A stretch of DNA of 64,000 nucleotides, from NCBI GenBank assembly GCA_963776345.1, contig CAVZMH010000018.1, forward strand, positions 133,704 to 197,703, in the 5' to 3' direction. The translations under genes were made by a program, and so were the position numbers. The first letter of the stretch is position 1. Every line of letters begins with the position of its first letter. Source of the DNA: an uncultured delta proteobacterium. GTDB lineage: Bacteria > Myxococcota > Myxococcia > Myxococcales > Myxococcaceae. The notes beneath the pieces were generated by a model, which had not been told where the DNA came from, did not search any database, and was given only the letters and a program-made list of their open reading frames with translations. Below, one piece after another: positions 10,151 through 19,080 of the stretch.

Positions 10151-11520
10151 TGCGTGCTCGCCTGGCGGGGCGCTCCCTGCTGCTGTCCAGGCCGGCCCTG
10201 CGGCTGCTGCCGCTGTTGCGGTTGCGGGCGCGCCTGCGGCTCCTGCGGGTTCGGCGCCGCCTGCCGTGGCGGTGGCTGTCCCGGCCGCTCCAGTCCCTCC
10301 GCAGGGGCCTGCTGCTGCGGGCCAGGCGGACCAGGCACCGGGACCGGCCTCGGGTCCACCTTGGCCCCGGCCCGGAGCTGGTTCTGCCCGTCCACCACCA
10401 CCCGCTCATCGGGCTGCACGCCCTGGGTGACGATGGCCAGCGGCCCCTGGATGGCGTCGACCTGGACGTTGCGCACCGTGACCGTGCTGTCCGGGCTCAC
10501 CACGTAGACGAAGACGCCGCTCGGTCCCCGCTGGATGGCCGGGGTAGGGACGACCACCACGCCCTCCCGGATCTGCAGCTGCATCCGCGCCTTGACGAAG
10601 AGGCTCGGCCACAGGCGGAGGTCGGGGTTGGGGAACTCGGCCTTCAGCCGGATGGTGGCGGTGCCCGCGTTCACCTGGTTGTCGATGACCGTGAGCTTGC
10701 CCGTGCCCAGCCGGGCGAGCGCTCCCCGGTCCCAGGCCTCGACGGTGAGCGGTCCCTTGGAGAACGCCTCGGCCACCCGCGGGAGGTCGTCCTGCGGCAG
10801 GGTGAAGAGCACTGCGATGGGGTCCATCTGGGTGAGCACCACGATGCCGCTCGCGTCGGTCGGGGATACGAGATTTCCCACGTCCACCTGGCGGACGCCG
10901 GCGATGCCGTCGATGGGCGAGGTCACGCTGGCGAACTGGAGGTTCAGCCGGGCGTTGTTCGTTGCCGCCTGGTCCAGCGCCACCGTGGCCCGGGCCTGGT
11001 CCACCGTGGCCCGCTGCAGGTCCAGCTGCTGGGTCGCAATGAGCTTCTCGGAGGCCAGCTCGGTGTAGCGGGCGAGATCGCGCTGGGCGTTCTTCAGCGT
11101 CGCCACGTCGCGCTCGGTGGTGGCCTCGGCCTGCTGCAGCGCGATCTTGAACGGGCGCGGATCCAGCTGGACCAGCAGCTCGCCCGTCTTCACCCGGCTG
11201 CCCTCCTGGAAGGCGATGGAGGCGATCTGTCCGCTCACCCGTGCGCGCACGGTCACCGTGGCCAGGGAGGTGACGTTCCCCAGGCCCTCGACCCAGATGG
11301 GCACGTCGCGGCGCTCGGCCGGGGACACGCCCACCGGGACCACCCGGGCCTGGGCGCCGGTCCCGGATTGCTGGTTCGCCGACTGCCTGCCGCGCCGCAG
11401 CAGCACGAAGCCGAGGACCGCCACCACCGCGATGCCCACCAGGATCCACGACCGGCGGCGGTGCGCCGGGGACCCGCGAGGGGGCGGAGACTGCTCGGAG
11501 GGCTTCTCGGCCACGGTCAC
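10147..11520 (-). CDS. mdtA: RND periplasmic adaptor (membrane fusion protein), MdtA-like, with Pro/Gln-rich tail
   Basis: N-terminal TM segment, GLGNVTSLATVTVRARVSGQ, FQEGSRVKTGELL, SPIDGIAGVRQVDVGNLV, IDNQVNAGTATIRLKAEFPN. Confidence 0.85.
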   Translation of the reverse strand: MTVAEKPSEQSPPPRGSPAHRRRSWILVGIAVVAVLGFVLLRRGRQSANQQSGTGAQARVVPVGVSPAERRDVPIWVEGLGNVTSLATVTVRARVSGQIASIAFQEGSRVKTGELLVQLDPRPFKIALQQAEATTERDVATLKNAQRDLARYTELASEKLIATQQLDLQRATVDQARATVALDQAATNNARLNLQFASVTSPIDGIAGVRQVDVGNLVSPTDASGIVVLTQMDPIAVLFTLPQDDLPRVAEAFSKGPLTVEAWDRGALARLGTGKLTVIDNQVNAGTATIRLKAEFPNPDLRLWPSLFVKARMQLQIREGVVVVPTPAIQRGPSGVFVYVVSPDSTVTVRNVQVDAIQGPLAIVTQGVQPDERVVVDGQNQLRAGAKVDPRPVPVPGPPGPQQQAPAEGLERPGQPPPRQAAPNPQEPQARPQPQQRQQPQGRPGQQQGAPRQASTQ

Positions 11521-12890
11521 TCCTGCCGGCCGAGCGCCGCCAGCAGCCGGGCTCGCGCGGTGGAGAGATTGTACTGCGCCTGGACCAGCTGGGCGGCGGC
11601 GTTGGTCAGCTGCACCTGGGCGTCGCTGAGCTCGATGATGGTGCCCACCCCGGCCTGGTACCGGCCCTCGGCCAGGCGGAGCTGTTCCTTGGCGTTGTCC
11701 ACCGCGTCCTGCGCCGCGACCACGCTCTCCTTGTTGCCGAGGAGCGTGGCCTCCGCCTGCTCCACGTCGAAGCGGACCTGGAGCTGCTCGCCGGTCAGCG
11801 CCGCGGTGGAGGACAGGAGGTTCTGCTCGGCCTCGCGGACCCGGCCCACGGTCAGCCCCCCCTGAAAGAGCTGCCAGGTCAGGGTGATGCCGAAGTTCCA
11901 CGTGTCGTACAGGGCGCTCGGCTCGGGACCCCTCAGGGCGTAGGTGCCGCTGAGCGCGATGGTGGGACTCCAGCCCCAGCGCGTCGCATCGAGCGCCTTG
12001 CCCTGGGCCTGCCGGGCGTACTCGAACGCCGCGATCTCCGGGCGGCTGGCGAGCGCCTGGTCGAAGAGGACGGGGATCGGTCGATCCTCCACATCCACCG
12101 GGGGGAGCTCGTCCCCGGCCACCTGGTAGTCCGTGCCCTGGGGGAGGCCCATCGCCTGGTTGAGCTGGGCCTTCGCGATGCGGTCGGCGTTCTGGGCGTT
12201 GATGAGCTGCACCCGGGCGTTGGCCACGTTCAGCCTCGCCAGGGCCAGGTCGATCTCCGGGCGGGTCCCCACGCGCACGAAGCCCGCAACTTGCTCCTGG
12301 TGGGTGATCTGGTTCTTCAGTGTCTGGTCCGCCACCGACACCAGATCTCGGGTGGCGCGCGCCAGGAAGTAGTAGGTGCGGACGTTCAGGACGACGTTGT
12401 TCAGGGTCGCGGCTGCCGTGGCGTTCAGCGACTCGGCGCTGCGCTGCTGGGACTCCCAGCTGGCCCAGCTCTGCGGGTCCCAGAGCGTCTGGCTCCCGCT
12501 CCCCCCGAAGGTCCAGGTGTTGCAGGTGCTGCTCAGGCACGCGATCTGCGAGCCTGTCCCGCTCGCGGTGGTGGGAACCTGCTGGTGGCTCCGCACGAAG
12601 GAGGCCAGGCCCGTGACCTGAGGGAGCAGAGGCGACCGGGCCTGGATGACCCGCCCCTCGGCCGCGGCGGCGTTGGCCCGCGCCTGGACCAGCAGGGGCT
12701 GGTTCTGCAGCGCGGCCTGGATGGCCTCGTCCAGATGCAACAGCCGTGGAGCGTCCGAGGGAAGCGCCGCGGGCGCCCCGGGCCGGGCCGGCGGGGCAGC
12801 TGTGCCGGCGTCCGACGCGGGCGACTGTGCCCGGGCCGTCCCCGGGGCGAAGGCAATCAGGAAGAGCAGGAGGGCGGTGCGGTTCAGCAC
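11517..12890 (-). CDS. TolC-family outer membrane efflux protein
   Basis: Signal peptide from GTG 12890 (GAGG RBS); LHLDEAIQAALQNQP, RPEIAA, AEGRYQAGVGTIIELSDAQ; first gene of the mdtABC operon. Confidence 0.88.
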   Translation of the reverse strand: MLNRTALLLFLIAFAPGTARAQSPASDAGTAAPPARPGAPAALPSDAPRLLHLDEAIQAALQNQPLLVQARANAAAAEGRVIQARSPLLPQVTGLASFVRSHQQVPTTASGTGSQIACLSSTCNTWTFGGSGSQTLWDPQSWASWESQQRSAESLNATAAATLNNVVLNVRTYYFLARATRDLVSVADQTLKNQITHQEQVAGFVRVGTRPEIDLALARLNVANARVQLINAQNADRIAKAQLNQAMGLPQGTDYQVAGDELPPVDVEDRPIPVLFDQALASRPEIAAFEYARQAQGKALDATRWGWSPTIALSGTYALRGPEPSALYDTWNFGITLTWQLFQGGLTVGRVREAEQNLLSSTAALTGEQLQVRFDVEQAEATLLGNKESVVAAQDAVDNAKEQLRLAEGRYQAGVGTIIELSDAQVQLTNAAAQLVQAQYNLSTARARLLAALGRQE

Positions 12891-13102
12891 GGGCCCCTCA
12901 TGCTCCAGTCGGGCCCCACGTGCACGGATTTCCTGGGAGACGTCCATGGTTCTCGAGCCTCGACACCCGGGCGGGAGAAACGTTGTGGTAGCAAGCGTCG
13001 GTTCCCCGTGCGGAGCCAGCATTCCACCCATCAGCGGAGGGGTGGGCTCGCGTCCGGGGTGGCGTTAGTACGAAGGTTCGTTCCGGAGGCCTGGGGAAGC
13101 TC

Positions 13103-16100
13103 ATGTGGATCGTCCGGCTGGCGCTGCGCCGGCCCTACACCGTGGCCGTGTTCTCGGCGTTGATCTTCATCGCCGGGCTCCTCTCGGTCACCCGGATGCG
13201 GACCGACATCTTCCCCTCCATCGACATCCCGGTGGTCATCGTGGTGTGGAATTACCCCGGGCTCTCGGCCGAGGACATGGAGCGGCGCATCGTGCTGATC
13301 AGCGAGCGCGCCTACTCCACGGTCATCGACGGCATCAGCCACATCGAGTCCCAGTCCATCGCCGGGGTGGGCCTGCTCAAGCTGTACTTCGAGCCCGACG
13401 CCGACCTGGGCACCGCCATCTCGCAGATCACCTCCGTCTCGCTCACCGCGAGCCGGATCATGCCCCCCGGCATCCAGCCGCCCAACGTGCTCCGCTTCAA
13501 CGCCGGCAACGTCCCGGTGGCGCAGATCACCGTCAGCAGCAACACCGCCGGTGAGCAGCAGCTCTTCGACTACGGGCTGAACTTCCTCCGGGTGCGCCTC
13601 TTCACCGTCCCCGGCACCTCCATCCCCGGCCCGTACGGGGGCAAGCAGCGGCAGATCATGGTCGACGTCGACCCGCGGGCCACCGCGGCCAAGGGGCTGA
13701 GCCCCAGCGACGTGGTCACCGCGCTCCTGCAATCCAACGTCATCATCCCCGCGGGCACCGCGCAGATCGGCTCGACCGAGTACAACGTCCGGCTGAACTC
13801 CAGCCCCGCCACGGTCGAGCAGTTCAACGTCATCCCGGTCAAGGTGGTGAACGGGGCGCCGGTGCTCCTCCGCGACGTGGCCCACGTCCGGGACGGGTTC
13901 GCGGTCCAGAACAACATCGTCCACATCGACGGGAAGCGGGCCAGCTACATCGTCATCCTCAAGCACTCCAACGCCGGCACCCTGGCGGTGGTGGACGGGG
14001 TGAAGGGGCTGCTCCCGTCGCTCCAGGCCACCGCCCCGGACGGCATCACCCTGAAGCTCGACTTCGACCAGTCGATCTTCGTCCGCGCCGCGCTCTCCAA
14101 CGTGCTCCACGAGGCGGTGATCAGCTCGATCCTGGTCTCGCTGATGATCCTCTTCTTCCTGGGGAGCTTCCGCAGCGTGGCCATCGTCTCCAGCTCCATC
14201 CCCCTGGCCATCCTGGTGGGCATCGCCGCGCTGTTCGTCACCGGCAACACCCTCAATCTGATGACCCTGGGCGGCCTGGCCCTGGCGATCGGCATGCTGG
14301 TGGACGACGCCACCGTGGCGGTGGAGAGCATCCACCGCAACCACAGCGGCGGGAAGCGCCTCACCGTGGCCATCCTCGACGGCGCGCACGAGGTCGCCAC
14401 CCCGGCGCTGGCGGCGACGCTCACCATCTGCATCGTCTTCTTCCCGGTGGTGCTGCTCACCGGGCCGGCGCGCTACCTGTTCACCCCGCTCGCGGTGGCG
14501 GTGGTGTTCTCCATGCTCGCCTCCTACGTGCTGAGCCGCACCCTGGTGCCGGCGCTGGCGCGATTGCTGGAATCGGAGGACGCCCACGCCGACACCGAGG
14601 GGAAGGGCCTCTTCGCCCGCTTCAACCGCTGGCGCGACGACCGCTTCGGACGCTTCCAGGCCGGGTACGGGCGGCTGCTGGAGGTGGGGCTCCACCACCG
14701 GGCGTGGGTGCTGGGGACCTTCGCCGTCCTGGTGGGGGTGTCCGCCGCGCTCCCGGCCTTCGTCGGGCTGGACTTCTTCCCGGACGTGGACGCCGGCCTG
14801 ATGCGGCTCCACTTCCGCGCGCCGATCGGCACCCGCATCACCGACACCGAGCGGATGGTTATCGAGGCCGAGACGAAGATCCGGGAGATCATCCCCGCCC
14901 ACGAGCTCCAGGCGCTCAACGACAACATCGGCATCCCGCTCTCGTACAACCTGGCCTTCGTCTCCACCGACAACATCGGGCCGCAGGACGCCGAGATCCT
15001 CATCTCGCTCAAGCCGGGCCACCGCCCCACGCGGGAGTACATGAAGCGGATCCGCGAGGAGCTCCCCCGGGACTTCCCCGGCAGCTCGCTCTACTTCCAG
15101 CCCGCGGACATCGTCACCCAGGTGCTCAACTTCGGGCTCCCCGCGCCCATCGACGTGGTCATCGAGTCCAACGATCTGGAGAAGGGCTTCACGGTGGGAC
15201 GGCAGCTCGCCGCCCGGCTGCGGCGCATCCCGGGCATCGTCGACGTGCGCATCCCCCAGGTGCTCGACTACCCCACGCTGAACCTGGACGTGGACCGGAT
15301 CCGGGCGGCGCAGGTGGGGCTCTCCCAGCGCGAGGTGGCCAACAACCTCCTCACCTCGCTCTCCAGCAGCTCGCTGGTGAACCCCAACTTCTGGCTCAGC
15401 CCCCAGAACAACGTGAACTACATCGTGGCGGTGCAGACGCCGCTCCCGCTGATGCGGAGCACCAGCGATCTGCTCGCCACGCCCCTCACCGTCCCGGGCT
15501 CGCAGCCGCTGCGGCAGACGCTGACCCGCGGTCTGACCGATTCCGCCGCTCCCGCGGGGAGCCTCTACCTCGGGACCTTCGCCCAGCTGTCTCCGGGCAG
15601 GACCCTGGCCTCGGTGAACCACTCCACCATCCAGCGGGTGGTGAACGTGCAGGCCGCTCCGGAGGGACGGGACCTCGGCTCGGTGGCCCGTGACATCCAG
15701 AAGGCCATCGACTCGCTGCAAGACCTCCCCAAGGGGATGAAGATCTCCGTCCGCGGCCAGATCGAGAGCATGCGCACCTCGTTCGGCGCGCTCGGGCTGG
15801 GGCTCATCCTGGCGGTGGTGCTGGTGTATCTCCTGATGGTGGTGCTGTTCCAGTCGTGGCTGGACCCGTTCATCATCCTCGCCGCGGTGCCGGGAGCGAT
15901 GGTGGGCATCCTCTGGATGCTGGCCTTCACCGGCACCACGCTGAACGTCGAGTCCTTCATGGGCGCGATCATGGCGGTGGGCATCGCGGTGTCCAACAGC
16001 ATCCTCCTGGTGTCGTACGCCAACGAGGTCCGCAGCCAGCGCAGCCTGGGGCCCCTCGAGGCGGCGCTGGAGGCCGGGAAGGTCCGGCTCCGTCCGGTGC

Positions 16101-16345
16101 TGATGACCGCCCTGGCCATGGTGCTGGGCATGCTCCCGATGGCGCTGGCGCTGGGCGAGGGCGGCGAGCAGAACGCGCCGCTGGGCCGCGCGGTCATCGG
16201 CGGCCTCCTGGTCGCCACCTTCGTCACCCTGTTCGTCGTCCCGGTGGTCTACTCGGTCCTCCGCAGGAAGGAGCCCGAGGCTCACCGACTCGACGAGCGC
16301 TTCCTGGAAGAGAGCCAGGGCGCCCACCCGGGAGCACTGGCATGA
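13103..16345 (+). CDS. RND efflux permease (AcrB/CusA superfamily)
   Basis: 1080 aa; MWIVRLALRRPYT, GMLVDDATVAVESI, RLRPVLMTALAMVLGMLPMALALGEGGEQNAPLGRAVIGG. Confidence 0.92.
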   Translation: MWIVRLALRRPYTVAVFSALIFIAGLLSVTRMRTDIFPSIDIPVVIVVWNYPGLSAEDMERRIVLISERAYSTVIDGISHIESQSIAGVGLLKLYFEPDADLGTAISQITSVSLTASRIMPPGIQPPNVLRFNAGNVPVAQITVSSNTAGEQQLFDYGLNFLRVRLFTVPGTSIPGPYGGKQRQIMVDVDPRATAAKGLSPSDVVTALLQSNVIIPAGTAQIGSTEYNVRLNSSPATVEQFNVIPVKVVNGAPVLLRDVAHVRDGFAVQNNIVHIDGKRASYIVILKHSNAGTLAVVDGVKGLLPSLQATAPDGITLKLDFDQSIFVRAALSNVLHEAVISSILVSLMILFFLGSFRSVAIVSSSIPLAILVGIAALFVTGNTLNLMTLGGLALAIGMLVDDATVAVESIHRNHSGGKRLTVAILDGAHEVATPALAATLTICIVFFPVVLLTGPARYLFTPLAVAVVFSMLASYVLSRTLVPALARLLESEDAHADTEGKGLFARFNRWRDDRFGRFQAGYGRLLEVGLHHRAWVLGTFAVLVGVSAALPAFVGLDFFPDVDAGLMRLHFRAPIGTRITDTERMVIEAETKIREIIPAHELQALNDNIGIPLSYNLAFVSTDNIGPQDAEILISLKPGHRPTREYMKRIREELPRDFPGSSLYFQPADIVTQVLNFGLPAPIDVVIESNDLEKGFTVGRQLAARLRRIPGIVDVRIPQVLDYPTLNLDVDRIRAAQVGLSQREVANNLLTSLSSSSLVNPNFWLSPQNNVNYIVAVQTPLPLMRSTSDLLATPLTVPGSQPLRQTLTRGLTDSAAPAGSLYLGTFAQLSPGRTLASVNHSTIQRVVNVQAAPEGRDLGSVARDIQKAIDSLQDLPKGMKISVRGQIESMRTSFGALGLGLILAVVLVYLLMVVLFQSWLDPFIILAAVPGAMVGILWMLAFTGTTLNVESFMGAIMAVGIAVSNSILLVSYANEVRSQRSLGPLEAALEAGKVRLRPVLMTALAMVLGMLPMALALGEGGEQNAPLGRAVIGGLLVATFVTLFVVPVVYSVLRRKEPEAHRLDERFLEESQGAHPGALA

Positions 16346-17527
16346 CCGAGATGCACGAGGAACGGCTCCCGCCGGTCGCAGGGCCGCCGGACGCCCGGGC
16401 GCAACCGCGCCCGCGCGCGCTCACCATCGGGACCGTGGTGCTGGTGCTCGCCGCGGTCGCCGGCGTGGTGGCCATCGCCGTCGGACGGCGGGGCGCCGAG
16501 TCCAAGGAGCGCCAGGAGCGGGCCGCGGCGCAGGACCGGGGCCCCACGGTGCGGGTGGCGCCGGTGGAGATCTCCGCCGCCGACCGGACCCTGGCCATCC
16601 CCGGCGAGGTGCGGGCATGGAACCAGGCCACCCTCTACGCCAAGGTGGCCGGGTACGTGCGCGAGGTGAAGGTGGACAAGGGGAGCCGGGTGAAGAAGGG
16701 CGACCTGCTCGCCAAGCTCGAGTCGCCCGAGACCGACCAGGCAGGTCCTCGGCGCCCGGGCCGACCTCCAGGTGAAGCAGTTCCAGGCGGACCGGCTGCG
16801 CACGCTCCGGCCCCAGGGATTCATCGCCCAGCAGGACCTGGACACTGCCGAGGGTGCGCTCTCCGTGGCCCGGGCCACGCTGCAGAGCCTGCTGGCCACG
16901 CAGTCGTACGAGCAGCTCCGGGCTCCCTTCGACGGGGTGGTCACCGCCCGCTACGTGGACCCGGGCGCGCTGGTGGCCGCCGGCACCTCCTCGAACCAGT
17001 CGGTGCAGCCGCTCTTCGACGTCGCGGACATGAAGACCGTCCGGGTGCAGGTCTACGTCGGCCAGGACGACGCGGCGGACATCCGGAACGGCGCGCCGGT
17101 GAGCATCGCCTTGCCCGACGACCCGGGCCACCCCATCGAGGCCACCGTCACCCGGATCTCCCAGGGCGTCGACGCGCGGACTCGCACCATGCTCGTGGAG
17201 ATCGACGTCCGCAACGAGCCGGTGCGGCTCTACCCCGGGAGCTACGTCAACGTCCGAATCCGGTTCCCGGGGCGCCGCACGCCGCTGGTGCCCGGAGATG
17301 CGCTCGCCTGGCGGGGCGACGCGCTGTTCGTCGCCCGGCTCGACCCGGAGAACCGGGTGAAGCTGGTGCGGGTCCAGCCCGGCGAGGACGACGGGCGGCG
17401 GGTGCAGATCCTCTCCGGTCTGCAGGGAGGAGAGCAGGTGGTGCTCAACCCCAGCGCCGAGCTCTCCGACGGAGACCGGGTCCAGCCGCTGGTCCCGAAG
17501 GGTGGCGGCCCCGCGGCCGAGCGGTGA
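16342..17527 (+). CDS. RND periplasmic adaptor subunit; one frameshift near 16740
   Basis: ATG overlaps the permease stop; LYAKVAGYVREVKVDKGSRVKKGDLLA, then in another frame LRAPFDGVVTARYVDPG, DARTRTMLVEIDV. Confidence 0.85.
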
Positions 17528-17533
17528 CGCCCC

Positions 17534-17977
17534 TCAGGCGCGGCGCACGCGGAACAGGAGCAGCGCCAGCGCCACCGGGAGCAGCGCCAGCGGCGACCCT
17601 TGCTGGCCGCTGACGTCGAAGCAGCCGTAGCTGATCGGGGTGACGGCGCCGCCGCCGGCCACGTTCGGGTCGGTGCCCGCCTTCAGCTCGTCGATGTCCG
17701 ACACGCCGTCGTGGTCGCTGTCGGTCTTCTCGGCGGTGAGCGCGTCGAGCGCGGTGTCCAGGCTGGCGATGTTCTGGGCCACCAGCCCGCGCGAGCGCAT
17801 GGACACCCCGAACGGGGTGGTGACCGTGCCGAATCCGCCGGCCGGCACGTTGTGGCAGAGCGTGCAGTCCGGCGTGTACGACAGAGCGAGGTGGGTGCGG
17901 ACCTCGGCGGGAAAGATGGACGAGGCATGCGCCAGTCCACCGGCGAGCACCGTGACGGCGAGGAGAGTGTGTCTCAA
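17534..17977 (-). CDS. Small exported monoheme c-type cytochrome-like protein with DxDxDG repeat and MYXO-CTERM-like tail
   Basis: Signal peptide (LAHA), CTLCH heme motif, DSDHDGVSDIDELKAGTDPN, C-terminal YGC...PLALLPVALALLLFRVRRA. Start codon (TTG 17977) uncertain. Confidence 0.75.
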   Translation of the reverse strand: MRHTLLAVTVLAGGLAHASSIFPAEVRTHLALSYTPDCTLCHNVPAGGFGTVTTPFGVSMRSRGLVAQNIASLDTALDALTAEKTDSDHDGVSDIDELKAGTDPNVAGGGAVTPISYGCFDVSGQQGSPLALLPVALALLLFRVRRA

Positions 17978-17984
17978 GGCCGGA

Positions 17985-18857
17985 TCAGGGTAGCGCAATG
18001 CGGCCCGGCGGCGCGGCGATTCCACCCACCGAGGTGCCGTTCTGGGTGTGGCAGCTATTGCAGTCGCCCGACGGGACGGCGGTGCCCATGCTCCGCGTCT
18101 TCCCGTTGAAGCTCACCGTCGCGGTGATGGGAAACACCGGCCAGCCGCCTCCGAGGTTCGCGTAGAAGTTGCCCGCGCTGTTGACCGTGAACGCCCGGGC
18201 CGTCCCGTTCTTGTCGGTGACCGTCACCGTGGCTCCATTCGCGGCGGAGCCGTTGCAGTCGTCGAACTCGTGCCCGGTGGGGAACACCGTCCCGGCGATG
18301 CTGAAGCCCGGGGCCTCGCCGCTCCTGTCGTGACAGGCGATGCAGGCCAGGCCCGGGTGCATGCGTGAGCTGCCGTTGTCGCCCTGGGTCCAGTAGCTGT
18401 TGCTGCTGCACTGAGGAGGTGCGCTGAAGGCCGGGTCACCGGCCGGCGCGCAGCTTCCCGCCGGGGTGCCCGCGTCCACCCAGCTCCCGAAGGCTGCGAT
18501 CTCGGTGGCGGACACCGTCACCCCGGTCCCCGGCGGCATCGGGGAGGCCGAGTCCTGCATGCGGAACAGCGAGCGCTGGGCGTAGTTCTGTCCAGTGAAG
18601 CCGGTCGCCGGCGCGGTGAGCGCGGCGAGGCTGTTCAGCGGCATGGGCGCGCTGCCCGAGGGCGGCGAGCCGTGGCAGCTCGTGCAGTGGCTGGAGAGCA
18701 GCGTGGCCACGTCGCAGGGCAGATCTCCCGCCACCGTGCCGCCGCCCCCACCGGAGCCGCCGTCCGGGCCGGCGTTCAGGTTGCCCGTGCCGCCGGAGTA
18801 ATCCCCCAGCGCGCAGGCGACGGTGACCAGCAGCATCGACGACAGCAGACGGCGCAT
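17985..18857 (-). CDS. Triheme c-type cytochrome, probable lipoprotein
   Basis: MRRLLSSMLLVTVAC lipoprotein-like signal; CTSCH, CIACH and CNSCH motifs; beta-sandwich-like segment (FSIAGTVF...VTVTDKNG...NSAGNFY). Confidence 0.8.
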   Translation of the reverse strand: MRRLLSSMLLVTVACALGDYSGGTGNLNAGPDGGSGGGGGTVAGDLPCDVATLLSSHCTSCHGSPPSGSAPMPLNSLAALTAPATGFTGQNYAQRSLFRMQDSASPMPPGTGVTVSATEIAAFGSWVDAGTPAGSCAPAGDPAFSAPPQCSSNSYWTQGDNGSSRMHPGLACIACHDRSGEAPGFSIAGTVFPTGHEFDDCNGSAANGATVTVTDKNGTARAFTVNSAGNFYANLGGGWPVFPITATVSFNGKTRSMGTAVPSGDCNSCHTQNGTSVGGIAAPPGRIALP

Positions 18858-19080
18858 CGAGACCTCGGACCTCCGACGGGGAGGCGTTCGCTTCAGAGTT
18901 GCCCGATGCTGGACGGATCCGTCACCGCAAGGACAGAGGCGCGGATGTGCGGCAAGGTGGAGCAGGCTCACCGGTCGCGTGGGGGCTCGGCAAACCCACC
19001 CCTCGAAGATCCCGGGTGGTGACCAGGGACGGAGCGGACGTGACCCGCCCCCCGGTCCGTGCCATGACCTCCGGACGAGC

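Noticed and set aside
12978..13006. ECF-type GGAAC...CGTT or sigma-54-like promoter upstream of tolC
   Set aside because: The spacer is 18 nt and the -24 dinucleotide is GA; too weak to call.
2077..16327. Very long antisense or off-frame ORFs (e.g. 4587-7121 +, 8570-10507 +, 13031-16327 -) and N-terminal extensions such as 3882-9332
   Set aside because: Shadow ORFs expected in high-GC DNA; they overlap well-supported RND genes and contain no recognisable motifs.
18860..19080. Mg2+ riboswitch or leader peptide upstream of mgtA
   Set aside because: No recognisable M-box or mgtA leader features by eye.
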